Below, in pieces: positions 27,206 through 40,232 of a stretch of 64,000 nucleotides of DNA (position 1 is the stretch's first letter; each line of letters begins with the position of its first letter). The position numbers were made by a program, and so were the translations under genes. The DNA is from Tubiluchus corallicola (lineage: Eukaryota > Animalia > Priapulida): assembly GCA_030141605.1 (NCBI GenBank), contig JAQGDQ010000092.1:496001-560000 (forward strand), given 5' to 3'. The notes under the pieces are model-generated. The model was not told where the DNA came from and ran no database searches. It worked only from the letters and a program-made list of their open reading frames with translations.

Positions 27206-28909
27206 GACTTTGCAATCTGCTTAATTTGGTGCTATTCATTGTGTATAGACAAGAGATGAATTGACCAATTGTCATTGGTTATTTGAATACTGTATTTTGG
27301 CCAGTGGGAAAAACTGTAATGATTTCCTATATAATTCTGTGTAGAGGATGGTGGGGTAAAAAGATTAGCTGGGGTAAAATACTATCGCTTGGGAATGCCT
27401 GTCTATTGATACCTTTAAAAAGCTGTGGGCCGCTAAACAAATACCTAAACTAAAAATATAGTACTTGTACTTGTGGTTGGAACTTGTATTTCATTTGCAT
27501 TATAAACATTTTGCAAAAACAGAATCATTAGATGGGCAAAATTTTGCCTATAGTTATACGACAATTGAGATGGTACAGCAAATTCTATAGTAAAAAAAAC
27601 ATTGAATGGCTATAATTTCGAATGTATCTGAAAATATTATTCACTTTCTTAGAATGAAAGTGAATAACTAAAATTAACATCACGTAATCATCCATGGTTC
27701 CACTACTGAAAAAAGTGTTTTAATACACCTGTCTCACAGCTGTAATGTACAAACGCTGTAAATTAACTATTGATTATGGGCCTATATAATAACTTCATAT
27801 GATGTATTTTCTAAACTACTTTTGCCTGTCTGCACGTGTCTAGCTTAGTGATTGGAGTTTAAATTTTTAAAAACTGGGACATGGTTAAAATCTATATTAC
27901 TGTACATATATACGCCTGATTACTCATAAAATGTTGTCTACTGTACAATTAATTATATATTATTATATATAAATATACTGCATTCAAAATCTAAGTTTGT
28001 TTTTGCATTTTTGCGTTGCCTAGTTTATACACTGTAAGAGTTCTCGAAAATATATCAAATGTCACACATAAAAGGCGTAATAAGACCAGTTTTTCTAGAA
28101 GTCAAGAATTAATCAAATAGCCTTAGTTTGAGTATGAGTCCCGAAAAACTATTTACTCGAATACTAACTGTCTAGCATTTACAATCCCCGCTTCAATTAT
28201 TTTTGTTTCTTTGGAGCCTGATTCAAGTTCCTGAAAACATGTCGCATTTAAGAATTTCAGGAAGCTTAATTTTCTTGGAAATACTCAATAATTCTGGTAG
28301 ACGCCGTAAATTTGCTCTTTGTCAAAGCAGCAACTGTTGCTGACTGACGACAGTAGTTGATATTATGCGCAGCTTCCACGGTGTATTGAAAGGAATTAGC
28401 TGAGCAGTAATTAAAGTTACATCGCCTTACGTTTTTTTTTACAAAAAACACGTATTTTTGTCTAATGCTAAAATGAGTTTACTTCCGCAGTAAAATGGCA
28501 ATAGGTAAAGTCGTAATGATAACTGTGACAACGAAGATGATTATAGCGGTTGCAACGATGATGATGCTGCGGTAGTTACTTTTGGGATACGATCATATGA
28601 ATCTTTGGCTCTTCTAATTGAATCTTGTAACTCCAAGGAAGTAATGTCGGATTTATTACTGAATGCCCATTTTGGTGACTAAGTGTTCTGAAGTGTCAGG
28701 AAAATGTTATTTAAGTCTACATACATATAAAACGATGGCTGAAAGGTGTGTTTACTTACAATAGCTTAAAGTAAGCCTCTACATATACACAGTGAAACAG
28801 TCGTTTATAGGCAGAATTTTCCATTGGGAAAGTTTCTGTTCTACCCTTCCCTGGTAAATGTAATTGTCGTAGTGATTTCCAATTTGGACAACAAACAAAT
28901 CGCATAACT

Positions 28910-30170
28910 ATAATAATATAATAATAATATTCTTTATTGCACTTAATGTACACAACCTGTACTGTACAAAATACATACATAAATTTTTTTGTACAAACAG
29001 TCAGAAGACTGATGAAAGCAATAGTGTCCACTAAATCTACTTTAAAATCTACAGTCATTAATTAATTCTACTTAATTTTAACATGCACAAAATTTTAACA
29101 TTGCAACACAAAACAAAAAAGCACATTTACATACAAACAAAAAACAATGTAACATATACAAGTTTTAGAATTGCATAACAATTAAAACAATCAAAATTAG
29201 CACAAAGGAACTTATACAATACGAATTAATTGCAAATTTATAAAATCCATTACTGCTCTAATTTACTAAACAATACAAACATAAACTCTACACATCATTA
29301 CAACTTTGATTAAAATCCCGTTATAATAACATAGAAGTTTACCACAATGATATTATGAAATCATTATTGATTCCGCATATGATTTTATCCCCTTTATTCG
29401 CTGGTTTTCTGTAGTTTCTTAACAGAGTATTTCTTAGATCAGTTTTAAAGCTTAATATTAATTGCTCATTTTATATTAGAAGGGGCTAACTTCCAAATGC
29501 TGATGACCGTCTTTGAAATTGAATAATATCCATATTTATTATTCTTTTGAATCTGTTTAAAACTGGATGTTCTCTTTATTAGTTTGCTGGTTTTAATAAA
29601 AGGTACTCTGTTATTACAGAATGCTGGACTCAAGTTATTTAAATATTTATATAGGAAGATTAGGCTGTAATACTGCAAGTATGCTTCGATGATAGGAATA
29701 CTTAATTTTTCAGTATTTGCTGTAGCGGAGTAATTGCTATAAGTTTACTGTTTGTTTGAGTATCCAAGAACTAGTTTCAGGGTACCGTTTTGCATTCGGT
29801 CAAATCTGTCAACAGAGTCTTTTGATATATTCGTTAATAGTTGGCAGCCATATGTTAGATGAGGGACAACCAGTGTTTTATAAATTAATAGTTTAGTTTT
29901 GATGTTCAGTTGTCATTTGACTTGTCTTAAAAACGACATACTATTTCCTATTTTCTGTATTATGTTATTTACTTGACTTTTCCATGTAAGTTTATTGTCT
30001 ATTTCCATCCCTAAAAATTTTGTATTATTAGATTGCTGTATTGTTTCATTACATGAATACAACGATATATTAGCAGTATCATAAGCACCTTCTAGGCTTT
30101 CTATAGGAGTTAGTAATAAAAAGACAGTTTTATCTGCATTAAGTTTTAAATGGTGATAATCAAGGATTAG
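28910..30170 (-). mobile_element. 5'-truncated L2/CR1-group LINE (RT C-terminus and 3' tail)
   Basis: Minus strand reads NTKFLGMEIDNKLTWKSQVNNI and KLLIYKTLVVPHLTYGC; the 3' end has AATAAA followed by (TAT)n at ~28910-28940. Confidence 0.85.
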
Positions 30171-32437
30171 TAAATATTGTTGAAATGAAAAATTTTACAG
30201 CTTTCGGGACATTAGTGGTTCGGCCTTTCCAGACAAACACTTTTAAGAAGCTTTTGAGGGTAAAACCACATAAAAATTTCCAAAACTAATGTGTGCACAT
30301 CTCATGCCTATCATTACAGAAGGACTGAAGGTAGTCCTACCTGTTTCATGCATTGTATTACATTCTAGCAACTATGCAGTATTACGATTAAAGATTGCAA
30401 AGCGATGACTATACGTCTTTACCAATATAAGGAAGAAGCTCATGCTTGGGTCAATATCATGATTATCCCCTGTAATGATAGCTTACTGCTTACTACAATG
30501 AACAGCAACAGGCTGTAAATTGACGAAAAGTGGCCACTTACGAGTTCATTTTCTTAAATCAGTCAGGGACGTGAAGATACCTATAGACTAGTTGTATTTT
30601 GCAATAATTATGAGCAATGCCACAAACTCAGTAATTGTAATTTAATTATTGATTCAAACTAGTCAGAGAGCGAGAAATAACAAGAAGCGACGAAGCGGCG
30701 ATGGGCTTAATGGAAAATCTGTAAAATTCCCTAAATCGCGCGACTATTTCCAGGTTGAACTTTATAAGAAATACAACTGTTTTGCCTCAAAGTTTTGATT
30801 TGTAAAGTAGAACTTTTGCATTATTTTGGGCATTAGTTTCTGTTCTGTCTCACTCTGTCCTGTGACTGACGATGATTTTATACATTTGTGTTTCTTTGTT
30901 GTGTTTTAATTTACTGTGCTTCTGTGTTTTCTCTTCGTTGTTGTATTATTAATAATGCGATATAGGCCTATAATGTGTTAACATAGGCCTATAACATAAA
31001 TAAAAACTCTGCTCCAAAAAATTAGCATTAATTTACTTATTCATTCCACCTTTATTCCGCCTTCTTTTTTCTGAAAAAAAGAAGACGACGTAAAGTGGTG
31101 CTCTGAAACATCGTGTCTAAGTGCCTTTTTCTTTTTTCTTTGTTTGTAATTGTGGGAGTTTTTAATTCACTGAACTCCCAACCAGTTATTGTAATATTAC
31201 AATAAGTGCTTACTGGTTACCGATGTCTGATACATTTCTAGCAATAGAAAATAAAAAATGAATCTTCTAAACACCCAGAGAGTAAAAGGCAGGAAGCTTT
31301 ATTTTACGCCAACCTTTTCAATAGGGCGGTCACGGCATTAATTTAATCTGTAACCTTCGTTTTACATCTGCCCTTCTACCCGCAAGTGGTAGGCAGGCCA
31401 TTCACCGAGTTTAATGTTTATCCTTCCCTAGAGCTTACAGATAAAAGTGAAAACTTTTCAACAATTTAGAATTCATGTGGGCAAACCTCAAGTGTCAATG
31501 TTACACTTTCCAAATTGAACTTTTGTACAGTGTTACAGCTATGGAGCATTGGAGCACGCTTACGCGAGATTTTTGCCTTACGGAATTATAGAGTTCAGTC
31601 ATCGCGGTAGTACTAGTAGTCAGTGGGAATACTAACTTCAATTACGGGTCCATATGAACAGGAATGGCTTAATCTTTATTATGCAAAAGTGATAAACTGC
31701 TACTTTTTTACCAAATAAAGCATGGGTCATTGTCACGCGTGACTCGATCGTCTCGATGACGAAAGACTAAGTTCCGAATTTACTTTTCGCAGAAGTATTG
31801 ATTTTTCCATTTTTTAAATTTCTAAGTGGATTCCTAAATAAGCCTTCTTTTAATAAAGAGTTTGAAAAAAGACCGCCAGACTACAAATGATATTCATTAG
31901 GGTCATGCTGAGCTCTCTGTGAGCCAAGGCCAGATGGAAAATGCAGGCCCAATTTCATACCGCTTATTATGTAAGTATTTTTTTCATTAGCAGCTTACAA
32001 AATAGTACATGTTACACTTATGTATGAGTATTATGCATATGATGCACCTTACGAGCAAAAGAATAAAATAAAAGAAATAGAACTACGATTCATAAAATAA
32101 AAGACTTATATAATTGCAAATGATTTTATTCAAGATTGTGCACGCCTCTATCAGGGTAGAATGGGTGCAGGCCCAATCCCTTGGCACTTAACTTCTCTCG
32201 AGTCCCTTCTGTATGTTGTATCCTGATATTAGTATAGTAACATAACCTATTTTGGTCAATGGATGCTTCTTTGCTGGTTGTCTGGTACAGATATTTATTA
32301 ATTAAGAAATATTGTTTGGCTGTTTGGTGCACATCATGGTTCTGGGCATCGGAACGCAACTACTTTCTTCTAATGCGTTTCCTTCTGTATCAGACCTCAG
32401 ACTCACAGATAGATTCGACTAAGAGCCAACATGACTT

Positions 32438-32507
32438 CATCATCACCGTCATCATTATGCCTATTAAAGTCTATTGTACACACCGGGCAGGCAGAACTCT
32501 AAAATAA
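32438..32507 (-). repeat. Short dispersed repeat with (CAT)n tail, copy 1
   Basis: (CAT)n..GTCTATTGTA.ACA..GGGCAGGCAGAA.TCTAAAATAA recurs at 54375-54443; probably a retroposon 3' end. Confidence 0.7.
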
Positions 32508-33619
32508 GTCTGCGCTCAATGATTTAACTTCGAATCCGTTTTCTAAGATGACGACGCGCCATCTATGGGGAATTTTAATCAAGCGCATAACTTGTAAGAA
32601 TCACATCACTTTTAAAAACACTCATTCAACAGCAGAGTATTATACAATGAAAAACGTTTGACTTTAGGTATTTTTTGCTTTATTATTTAACTTTGCTAAT
32701 AATACTTGTTTTATAAAGTTGTATTTATATGACAAAGCAATTATACGCAACCTAAATGTTAAAATTACTTTACTTATGTCATGCTGACGATCATGAAATG
32801 GATACATTAATAAAATAATCTCAGCCAAGATTATTCATTATGGTACCAATGAAAATTAACTTAATATTTTTATGGATGTTGTTAATTTATTGATTAACAG
32901 ATTGTAGTACACAAGTACACGCATTCATTAATAGAACTGAATCGATAGCCCCGTGCAAAAATAATATAAAATCTCATTACTTACATTTTAATTTAAATAC
33001 CTATTGGATTTACCTTCATACACAAATTGAAATGATAAGCTGAAAACAAACATTACAATTGGTATTTTGCCATATCAGTAGCAATAATTAACAACTCAAC
33101 AGCATAATACATAAAAATGCTTATAATTTCAAAATAATAAAAAAGCAACAAGAACGACAGCGATTACGAAAATGTTCTCGATTGTATCAAAAAACCTGAT
33201 TAGTAGAAATTCTAATAGTTATTAACATTATTAAGAGAATTTGATGCATTATGCAATAGTGATTGCTAAAATTATTACATACAAGGGAATGCACGGGGAT
33301 CATGACATTAGCACAATTGTAATAGTAATAGCTATCTACTGTTACAGTAACAGTAACAGTTATTTTTAAGGTTACGCCAGCCATAATTCTAGGCAAGATA
33401 CTAATTCTATGCAAGTGTCATGCATACCTTACTATAAAATCACATTCCCGTACACATTCATTTCACTTCATGTTCTGCTTTAATATTCATGAGAATTTAG
33501 TTAGACATTACAGCAGTAAGAGGCATTTAATTTTTAGCCTTAATTAGAAGTTTATTATTCTTATTACAGAAAAACATCCATAAACTTGCACTGTCCAGCA
33601 AAAATATGCAAAAAATTTT

Positions 33620-33870
33620 GGTTTGATCATTTATGCTTCAGTACACGTTTAATTAATAAATTAAAACTTATAGTCAAAAACCATTTTTTGACTGAACCTT
33701 GCACTTTCCGTGAAAGCTTTTTCTCGGCAGTTTTCACGGTCCCTTTTAAGAATATTAAGGGTGGCTATTGGCAGCCTTAAGCATTTTGAGATATTAGACT
33801 GAAAGAGTTACAATGGAAAAAGCACACAAGAACTAATATGAGTAGGCAAATGAAAGTGCTACTAACATAG
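33620..33870. repeat. Dispersed repeat, inverted relative to 35945-36170
   Basis: TTTAAGAATATTAAGGGTGGC here is the reverse complement of GCCACCCTTAATATTCTTAAA at 36043. Flanking blocks also match (TTTGAGATATT, GCAAATGAAA, AACCTTGCA). Confidence 0.75.
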
Positions 33871-34971
33871 AATTAAACTGTTAGCTAGTTTTTGAATGGA
33901 GAATTCAAAAATTGGGCTATAATACGTACAAAATGCATTATACGGGTACAATAATTACTAGTTTTTGTAATAACTCAAAGTATATTGATGTCTTAAGTAG
34001 AAGTGTGCTGTTTTGTAAAATTATAACTAGTGTTGTTTAGAAAACAGTTAGAAATTTACACATTCTTTCACAGGGTTTGAGAAAACCATAACAATTACAA
34101 CTAACCATAACAATTACAGCTATGCCATTTTTGCTAAACTGCTTAGCTTAGCTAGATGCCTATGACACACCCATGGAGTTAAAATCGCATCATAGCTGTG
34201 TAGGTAGTTATTTAATAAAACTTATCTTCATTATGATGATGCTCGTATGACTGAAAGAGAAGAAAAGAGAAATACAGAGTCATGTTTGTTGTGAAAGTGA
34301 AGATTCTTAGAAGAAGAACATTTCAGCTATGAGGCATGATGACAAATAGGTCTAATACTTCAGGGCATATAAAAGATAGAAACCAAAGTCATAATAATTG
34401 CATATATCATAGACAAGCGTGAACTATGCAAAAAACTGTGTGTTTGTATAACTCTTTGAGTGCCACAATAACATCCTCAAAATAACTATAGTTAACTTTG
34501 TAAATGGGAATCTTGTACTGTTATCATTGAGTTTAGTTAATTCGGTAACACAGGTACTGCAGTACAACAGTATTTTGAAAACAAGTCGCAAGGGTCTACG
34601 AGACAATCTCAATGAATGCACTTCGCATTAATGAAGAAGTCCCATGCAAGTGGGATTGAGCAAAATATGTAATACTGGCTTAACTTACTTAAGAGTTATT
34701 GGAACTCAACAATAACACAAACATCAGTGAAGTTCTGTCCTATGCATTATCTCCATTACCAATATCAGTGATAAGCTGGAAATAACTGGCCATTGGCCAG
34801 GCAGCCTTAGCAGAAAAGATAAGTCGCACAACTGAACTAAAATAAAGGAGACTGAAAAGAACGTACAAAGAAAAAGTTCAATGGGTCATAAAACTAGCCA
34901 ACCAGTAAGGAACATTATTCTTTCAGTTGGCACAGACTGATTATACTGTTTTGCTTTTATCATTTTTCGCA

Positions 34972-35520
34972 TCATAATTTGCTTATGCCATTGGTCATGG
35001 AATTGCTAATGGTCAACCGATGAAGAATCATCAAAGCATCATTCCAAATATAATATGAGGTTATGCACTTGCTCAGGGTAGGAAAGAGAACCACGTTGAA
35101 TGTACTTAGGCATTCCCAAATTTGGCAATATTAAAGCAGCCTAATGGAACTCAAGCCACTAAATTCATCAGTGCATCCTATAGATAAACCTACCCAAAAT
35201 GTAATACCGTGTCTGAAGCTAGGATAGTTGTATGGCACAGTAAAATGCATAGAACAGCTGTTACTAGGACCTTCTGATGCAAAGCTGTACATTTCACCAT
35301 CAACAATGGAATCATTTAGGGAAAATGAAACGAGTGCATATTCAAGTACCCGGGAAAAAAGCAGTAGAGGTGACTCATCATTTTCTCTTGATGGCCCAAA
35401 ATACATGGTTTTGAAAGAAAGTTTTAGTACACCAAAATCATTATGGCCAGTAACTGTGCTTCCTGTGGCAAAATCATAATCAGATGCAATTTTAAAGATG
35501 ATCACAGCTCTTATTCTGGA
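34972..35520 (-). pseudogene. Divergent actinoporin/cytolysin-like reading frame with an in-frame stop
   Basis: HNDFG..KTMYF..ESP..SNSCSMHFTVPYNY..FWVGL..LL*Y..TISNSMTNG follows the order and spacing of actinoporin DNESG..NTYF..VLP..GNTLAVLFSVPYDY..WWNV..ELYY..SRGFMNSSG (recalled equinatoxin II). TAA at 35131-35133; no clear ATG. Confidence 0.45.
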
Positions 35521-35944
35521 GCAAAGGCATGCAAATCTTTTAAGTCATTACAATATTATGCAATGTTGTCCATAATAAAAGGCGTACACAATAATTAGTT
35601 TGAATCATGTTCCATGCATGTGAAGGCTCTAAGTAATAAAGAACAAATAAAATCTGTAAATCTGACAAAGTTAAAATGAGGAATTGGACTGTGCAAAAGA
35701 GGTAACATAGTTGTGGGAGTAATGATATAATCTATATAAAGAAATTATTACCTAGTAATTTATATAAGTGATGAAATATTAAGGTTAGTTACTGAATTAA
35801 GAAAGGACTAACACATGAACCATTGAAGAAGAAAACACTGCCTCCTATTTAGATTATTTTGGTGTGATTCTCCAGTTTTCCTTGGCGTACATAAAACTCA
35901 ATCATTTTTGGATTTTAATGTCCTTTAAGTTAAAAATATTAAAT

Positions 35945-36170
35945 ATAGTTTACTTAGTGTTTTCATTTGCATGATCATGGCAGTTTTGGTTTATTATAGT
36001 ACTTTTGCTCCAATATCTCAAATTGCTCAAAAGTGGCAGAGGGCCACCCTTAATATTCTTAAAGAAGACCATCAGAGCATAAGAAAACCACTGAGAAAAA
36101 AACCCGAGGAAAATGCAAGGTTTACCGCATCGGCTGCCAGACTATTAATGTACTCTTTTGTTAATTTAGC
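35945..36170. repeat. Dispersed repeat, inverted partner of 33620-33870
   Basis: Reverse complement aligns with 33620-33870 through several conserved blocks. Confidence 0.75.
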
Positions 36171-36419
36171 ATATTTCGCACAAAAACCCGATGAATTTAA
36201 TAGCATACAAATAAGCTAAGAAACTCCATTACAGAAAAGTTAGATTCCAGCATAGTATGGAGAATCACGGCTTTCTTCCATACAGCGCCTTATTAAGAAA
36301 ATTCACTTTCATCGAGGCCATGTAATTACGTAAATAAAACATATAACAAGTCCTATCAAGTCCAACAAAGCCATAGCAGTTTTACCCTATTGTTATCCAA
36401 TATCATTTCAAGAGTTTGA

Positions 36420-37364
36420 CTATAAAAACAAATCAGAGAACTTATCAGGTATATTTTTATCTGGTGAAATTTTCTTTTTTACTGTATCAGCTATTCTTCT
36501 CTGAAAATTTTTGTTTGTTGCTGAAACATTTTTGACCATTTTCCAAAGCTTAACTAAGAAATCACAGAATTCTGTATTTGACAAATCACCATGAGCGACA
36601 GCAATATGAAACAATTCAAGCGAAAGATTTTCCTGTCTTCCAGATGCCTTGAAATGCTCCAACTCTTGCAAATCTCTGGTGATTTCCTCAATAATGATTG
36701 CGGAAAGATTCCGAATTTCTGCCAAGAATTTCGGATCACTCCCATACAGCCTGTCATTTGAATCGATGCTTCCAACATGATAAATATAATCCTCTTGATA
36801 TAATGCAGACAAGAGGCAGAGAACCCGTATGTATGACAAAGCCTTGCCATCACTATTATAGTCCCATGTGTAATTCTGTAGCACATTCAGCAAGCCACGT
36901 ACTAGGTAAAGAACACCTTGTTCTGGCGGATCAGGTACAATGACTAAAGCTGAACACATGTTACTCACAAATTCTAAAAGCATTGGTTCAGTGGAACGAA
37001 ATTTTCCGTCAACCTCTAAAGACCTAGGTACATCAGGCAGCGAGGATATAGCGGCTTTGAAGAATGCATCCGCTTGAGCCAGACACTGATTCAGCAATGC
37101 CACCTGTCCAGAGACTAGATACAGGTTGAGCTTTAGAAATATGCTACTGATGCTAGGAATAGTTATGAAACTGTAAGCAGCACAAGCATGTACGAACGCG
37201 CTAGTTTTCCGTGTGTGCCGACCTTGAACAATGAGGTGTGTTTCCATGGCAAGTTGATTAACAGAATTGACAAGCTGAGTGAGTACTGGTTCCAAGTTGG
37301 TAAAAGAAGCTCTACATTCCACTGCATAATTCAGCTGTTGTTCGAAATCTGGACTTATCAACAC
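36420..37364 (-). CDS. VPS35L: VPS35 endosomal protein sorting factor-like, coding exon 5 (last)
   Basis: Acceptor TTTTTTGTTGAAG|GTG. DFEQQLNY..RHTRKTSAFVHACAAYSFITIPSI..VPDPPEQGVLYLVRGLLN..DSNDRLYGSDPKF matches the VPS35L C-terminus. 945 nt including stop. Confidence 0.95.
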   Translation of the reverse strand: MLISPDFEQQLNYAVECRASFTNLEPVLTQLVNSVNQLAMETHLIVQGRHTRKTSAFVHACAAYSFITIPSISSIFLKLNLYLVSGQVALLNQCLAQADAFFKAAISSLPDVPRSLEVDGKFRSTEPMLLEFVSNMCSALVIVPDPPEQGVLYLVRGLLNVLQNYTWDYNSDGKALSYIRVLCLLSALYQEDYIYHVGSIDSNDRLYGSDPKFLAEIRNLSAIIIEEITRDLQELEHFKASGRQENLSLELFHIAVAHGDLSNTEFCDFLVKLWKMVKNVSATNKNFQRRIADTVKKKISPDKNIPDKFSDLFL

Positions 37365-37807
37365 CTTCAACAAAAAAATATATAAGCTAAATGTGCACAT
37401 TGTAATAGGTAAATGAAAACTAGTTTTGTTTTTAACACTGCATTGAGTACGTTGGGAAACCATGGTATGTTTTGTATCAGACGTGATCTTTATTGCAAGC
37501 CATCATCGTATTTCTCAAGTGGTAACTTGCATCGTCTTCCACATGAATGTGACAGTAACTTGGGCAAGGAAATACAAATTTATGTACCAATATTACCAAA
37601 AAGCTGTCAATTAGTTATTTGTTACTGCTTTAAAACTTTCGTTCCAATTAAAAAATTCCAAAAACTTTATTATTAAGCATAAGGATGAACTTTGCTGTAG
37701 TATCATGGTATCACTGTTTTTTTCTCTGGGAAAATTCCCAGCCTTATCTGCATCAGACATTAGTCAATACAACTAAAATTTGTCATAATCTGCAACTATA
37801 AGCATAC

Positions 37808-39286
37808 CTTTTTTAGAAACTGGCACACTAAGTTGCCAATACATCTTTTCTCATCCTCCAGAGTCAGAGCATTCACCGAATCATGCATAGTTTTAGCTAG
37901 GAACATCAGGGCATTCACAATGACTGGGTCAGAAGTTGGCTCCGGCTGGTATTTGACAAAGCCATCTAGGAGCATTTTGCATACCTCCACTTTGATGGAT
38001 TCCTTTTGAAAAAGATCAATAAAGGGCAGAAACTTGTTCATAGAAAACAAAACCAAAAAGTTATGCATATAAGTGAGAATTTTATCCACAATAGCTTGCA
38101 ATTGGGAATAGTGTTGTTCGAACGCACGATCTGGTGTCATGTGTTTTATGATATCGGCTAAGATGGTATTAACCTCACGTTTGGTGAAATGACGCAGCGC
38201 ATATTCCACCCACACTTCAGCACAGCTCATGTACTCTGCCGGTGTACCAAATTTCATTATAGATTTCCATACATCATTAAGTATTTGTAGTTTATGATTT
38301 TCGGGAGGGTCGGCAACAACGAGGCACAGTCCAAGAGTGCGAAACAGCAAGTGCTTTGGAAATCCAGAATCTTGGCACTCGCGTATATGTTCAATGAATT
38401 GACTCGCTCTAGCTGCAATGTATTCCGGTTTAAATGCTGACATTATAGAATTGATCAGCAATGCACTATTGCACTGCTTTTTACAATTAGATAATATTGT
38501 TTCTAACGTGTTATCAAGTGCTTTAAAAGCTATGCACTGCAGCATCCAATCAAGAGCAGGAGAATACAGCTGCAAATAGTTTGGCATTTCTACTTTCTGC
38601 AAAGCTAATATATTTTGAACTGTGTCACCCTGAACTTGTCTAAAGGTTTTCAGAAAGTCATCAAAGCCCTCCATTAAGTAGTCTTTAGAATCAGAGGCAA
38701 CTGACATACCTACACGGCAAAGATAAGCTCGAGCATAAACAGCAACAAGTGGATCTCCAATTCCTCGCATCATGAAACACAGCTTCTTCAGCGCCTCCTT
38801 GTGTTCATTTTCTTGTAAAAAATAGTAACATTTTAGAATAGCGGCTTCAACATATAACCTAGGAACAAGCTCGCGAATTGACGCAATTTTATAAAACCAA
38901 TTTCGGCATGTTTCCTTAGCAGACTCAGACACTTCACTGGGCTTAAAATGTTCTGGCAGTTTAGAGGTCACTGTGGACTTTCCAGGTTCGACGTATTGGG
39001 CCTTTTCATGTATGCGATCATAAACTAACCGTCCAAATGTGTCCAAGATATCGGTCACAAGAACAAACTTGCTGGGATAAAACTGTATGACTGATGTATC
39101 AACCAGAAGTTTAGCACACTGAATAGCTATTTTTAATGCTTTGACACGTTGATCTTGCTCCCATGCTAATATGAGAGTGCGATTGAGTTCTTCAATACGA
39201 TTAATGTATTCTTGCTGGCTTAAATTTAGCATTTCCTTGACTGAACCTTCCTCGAAATCATCCAGCTGCTCCAAGCGGTTTTTAAC
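37808..39286 (-). CDS. VPS35L: VPS35L coding exon 4
   Basis: Acceptor TCACAG|GTT, donor AAG|[77 protein letters not shown]. 1479 nt, phase 0. Confidence 0.97.
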
Positions 39287-39740
39287 CTGTGATAATAATA
39301 ATAAGAGTTGATTTACCAAAGGCACTTTTAAGGCTTAAAACCTCTGCAAGTGCTTTAAAGGGTATTTTTGCTTTATGAAGTTGGCTGGTTATAAGATAAT
39401 TAGTTGATTGTAAAATACGTGACTGAGAAACTAATTATGATGAGGTAGTATTTCGTCAACAACTGCCACTGCAGAAAAGTTTGGAAGTCTCTCAAAATAA
39501 ACACACTTCAAAATACCCACAACACCCTCATGTCACTAACTCTACACAGACAGTTGTTTAATTCATTACTCTGACGAAGTCTCATCTTGTCTCATCTCAA
39601 GTTAGAAAACACTTGATTTTACAGACCCCTAATTTTTACTACTACCACTGATTAAATATGCTTGCATCAACTTCCAAAGGTTAAGTGTACAGACTCCAGT
39701 TCTTGTTTCGCTATTACCTGTTTATTGCTTGTTAGATTAC

Positions 39741-39941
39741 CTTGTCTGTCACTGTTGATTGGCCTTTTAAAGCAGCCTTTTCAGCCGGAGAAAGATCGAA
39801 GGTGGTGAATGTCAATTTAGATTCGGATGTGGTGTACTTTGCCAGAATTGCAGCTTTCTTACTTTGCCATGGTTCAAAAGTTTCTTGCTGTTCTTTTCTG
39901 TTGATGAAGCTTCCGCTCTTTCCAGAAAGGGAACCAGCTGA
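39741..39941 (-). CDS. VPS35L: VPS35L coding exon 3
   Basis: Acceptor CATTTTAG|TCA, donor AAG|GTAATC. SAGSLSG..FEPWQSKKAAILAKYTTSESKL..VTDK contains the conserved FEPW..K..IL..YTT motif. 201 nt. Confidence 0.9.
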
Positions 39942-40232
39942 CTAAAATGATGTTCCAAACTTTTGTTAACTAAGTTTCAAAACTTTTTTATACTGAAGTA
40001 CTTCCTTAACTTCAAATAATGATGTTACAAATGGTACACTCACAATTGAACTCTATATAAGTGATGATAAGGCAAAATTCAACAACATATATAATTATGT
40101 AAAATTTGAATTGAACAATGCCATATATTTGAATTTTGCCACTGGAAAAAATGACACATAAAACAAAACCAGTTAGATCGGATTATGGTAAATTTTAAAA
40201 AATACACGACAAATTTTTTCACTGAAAGATTA

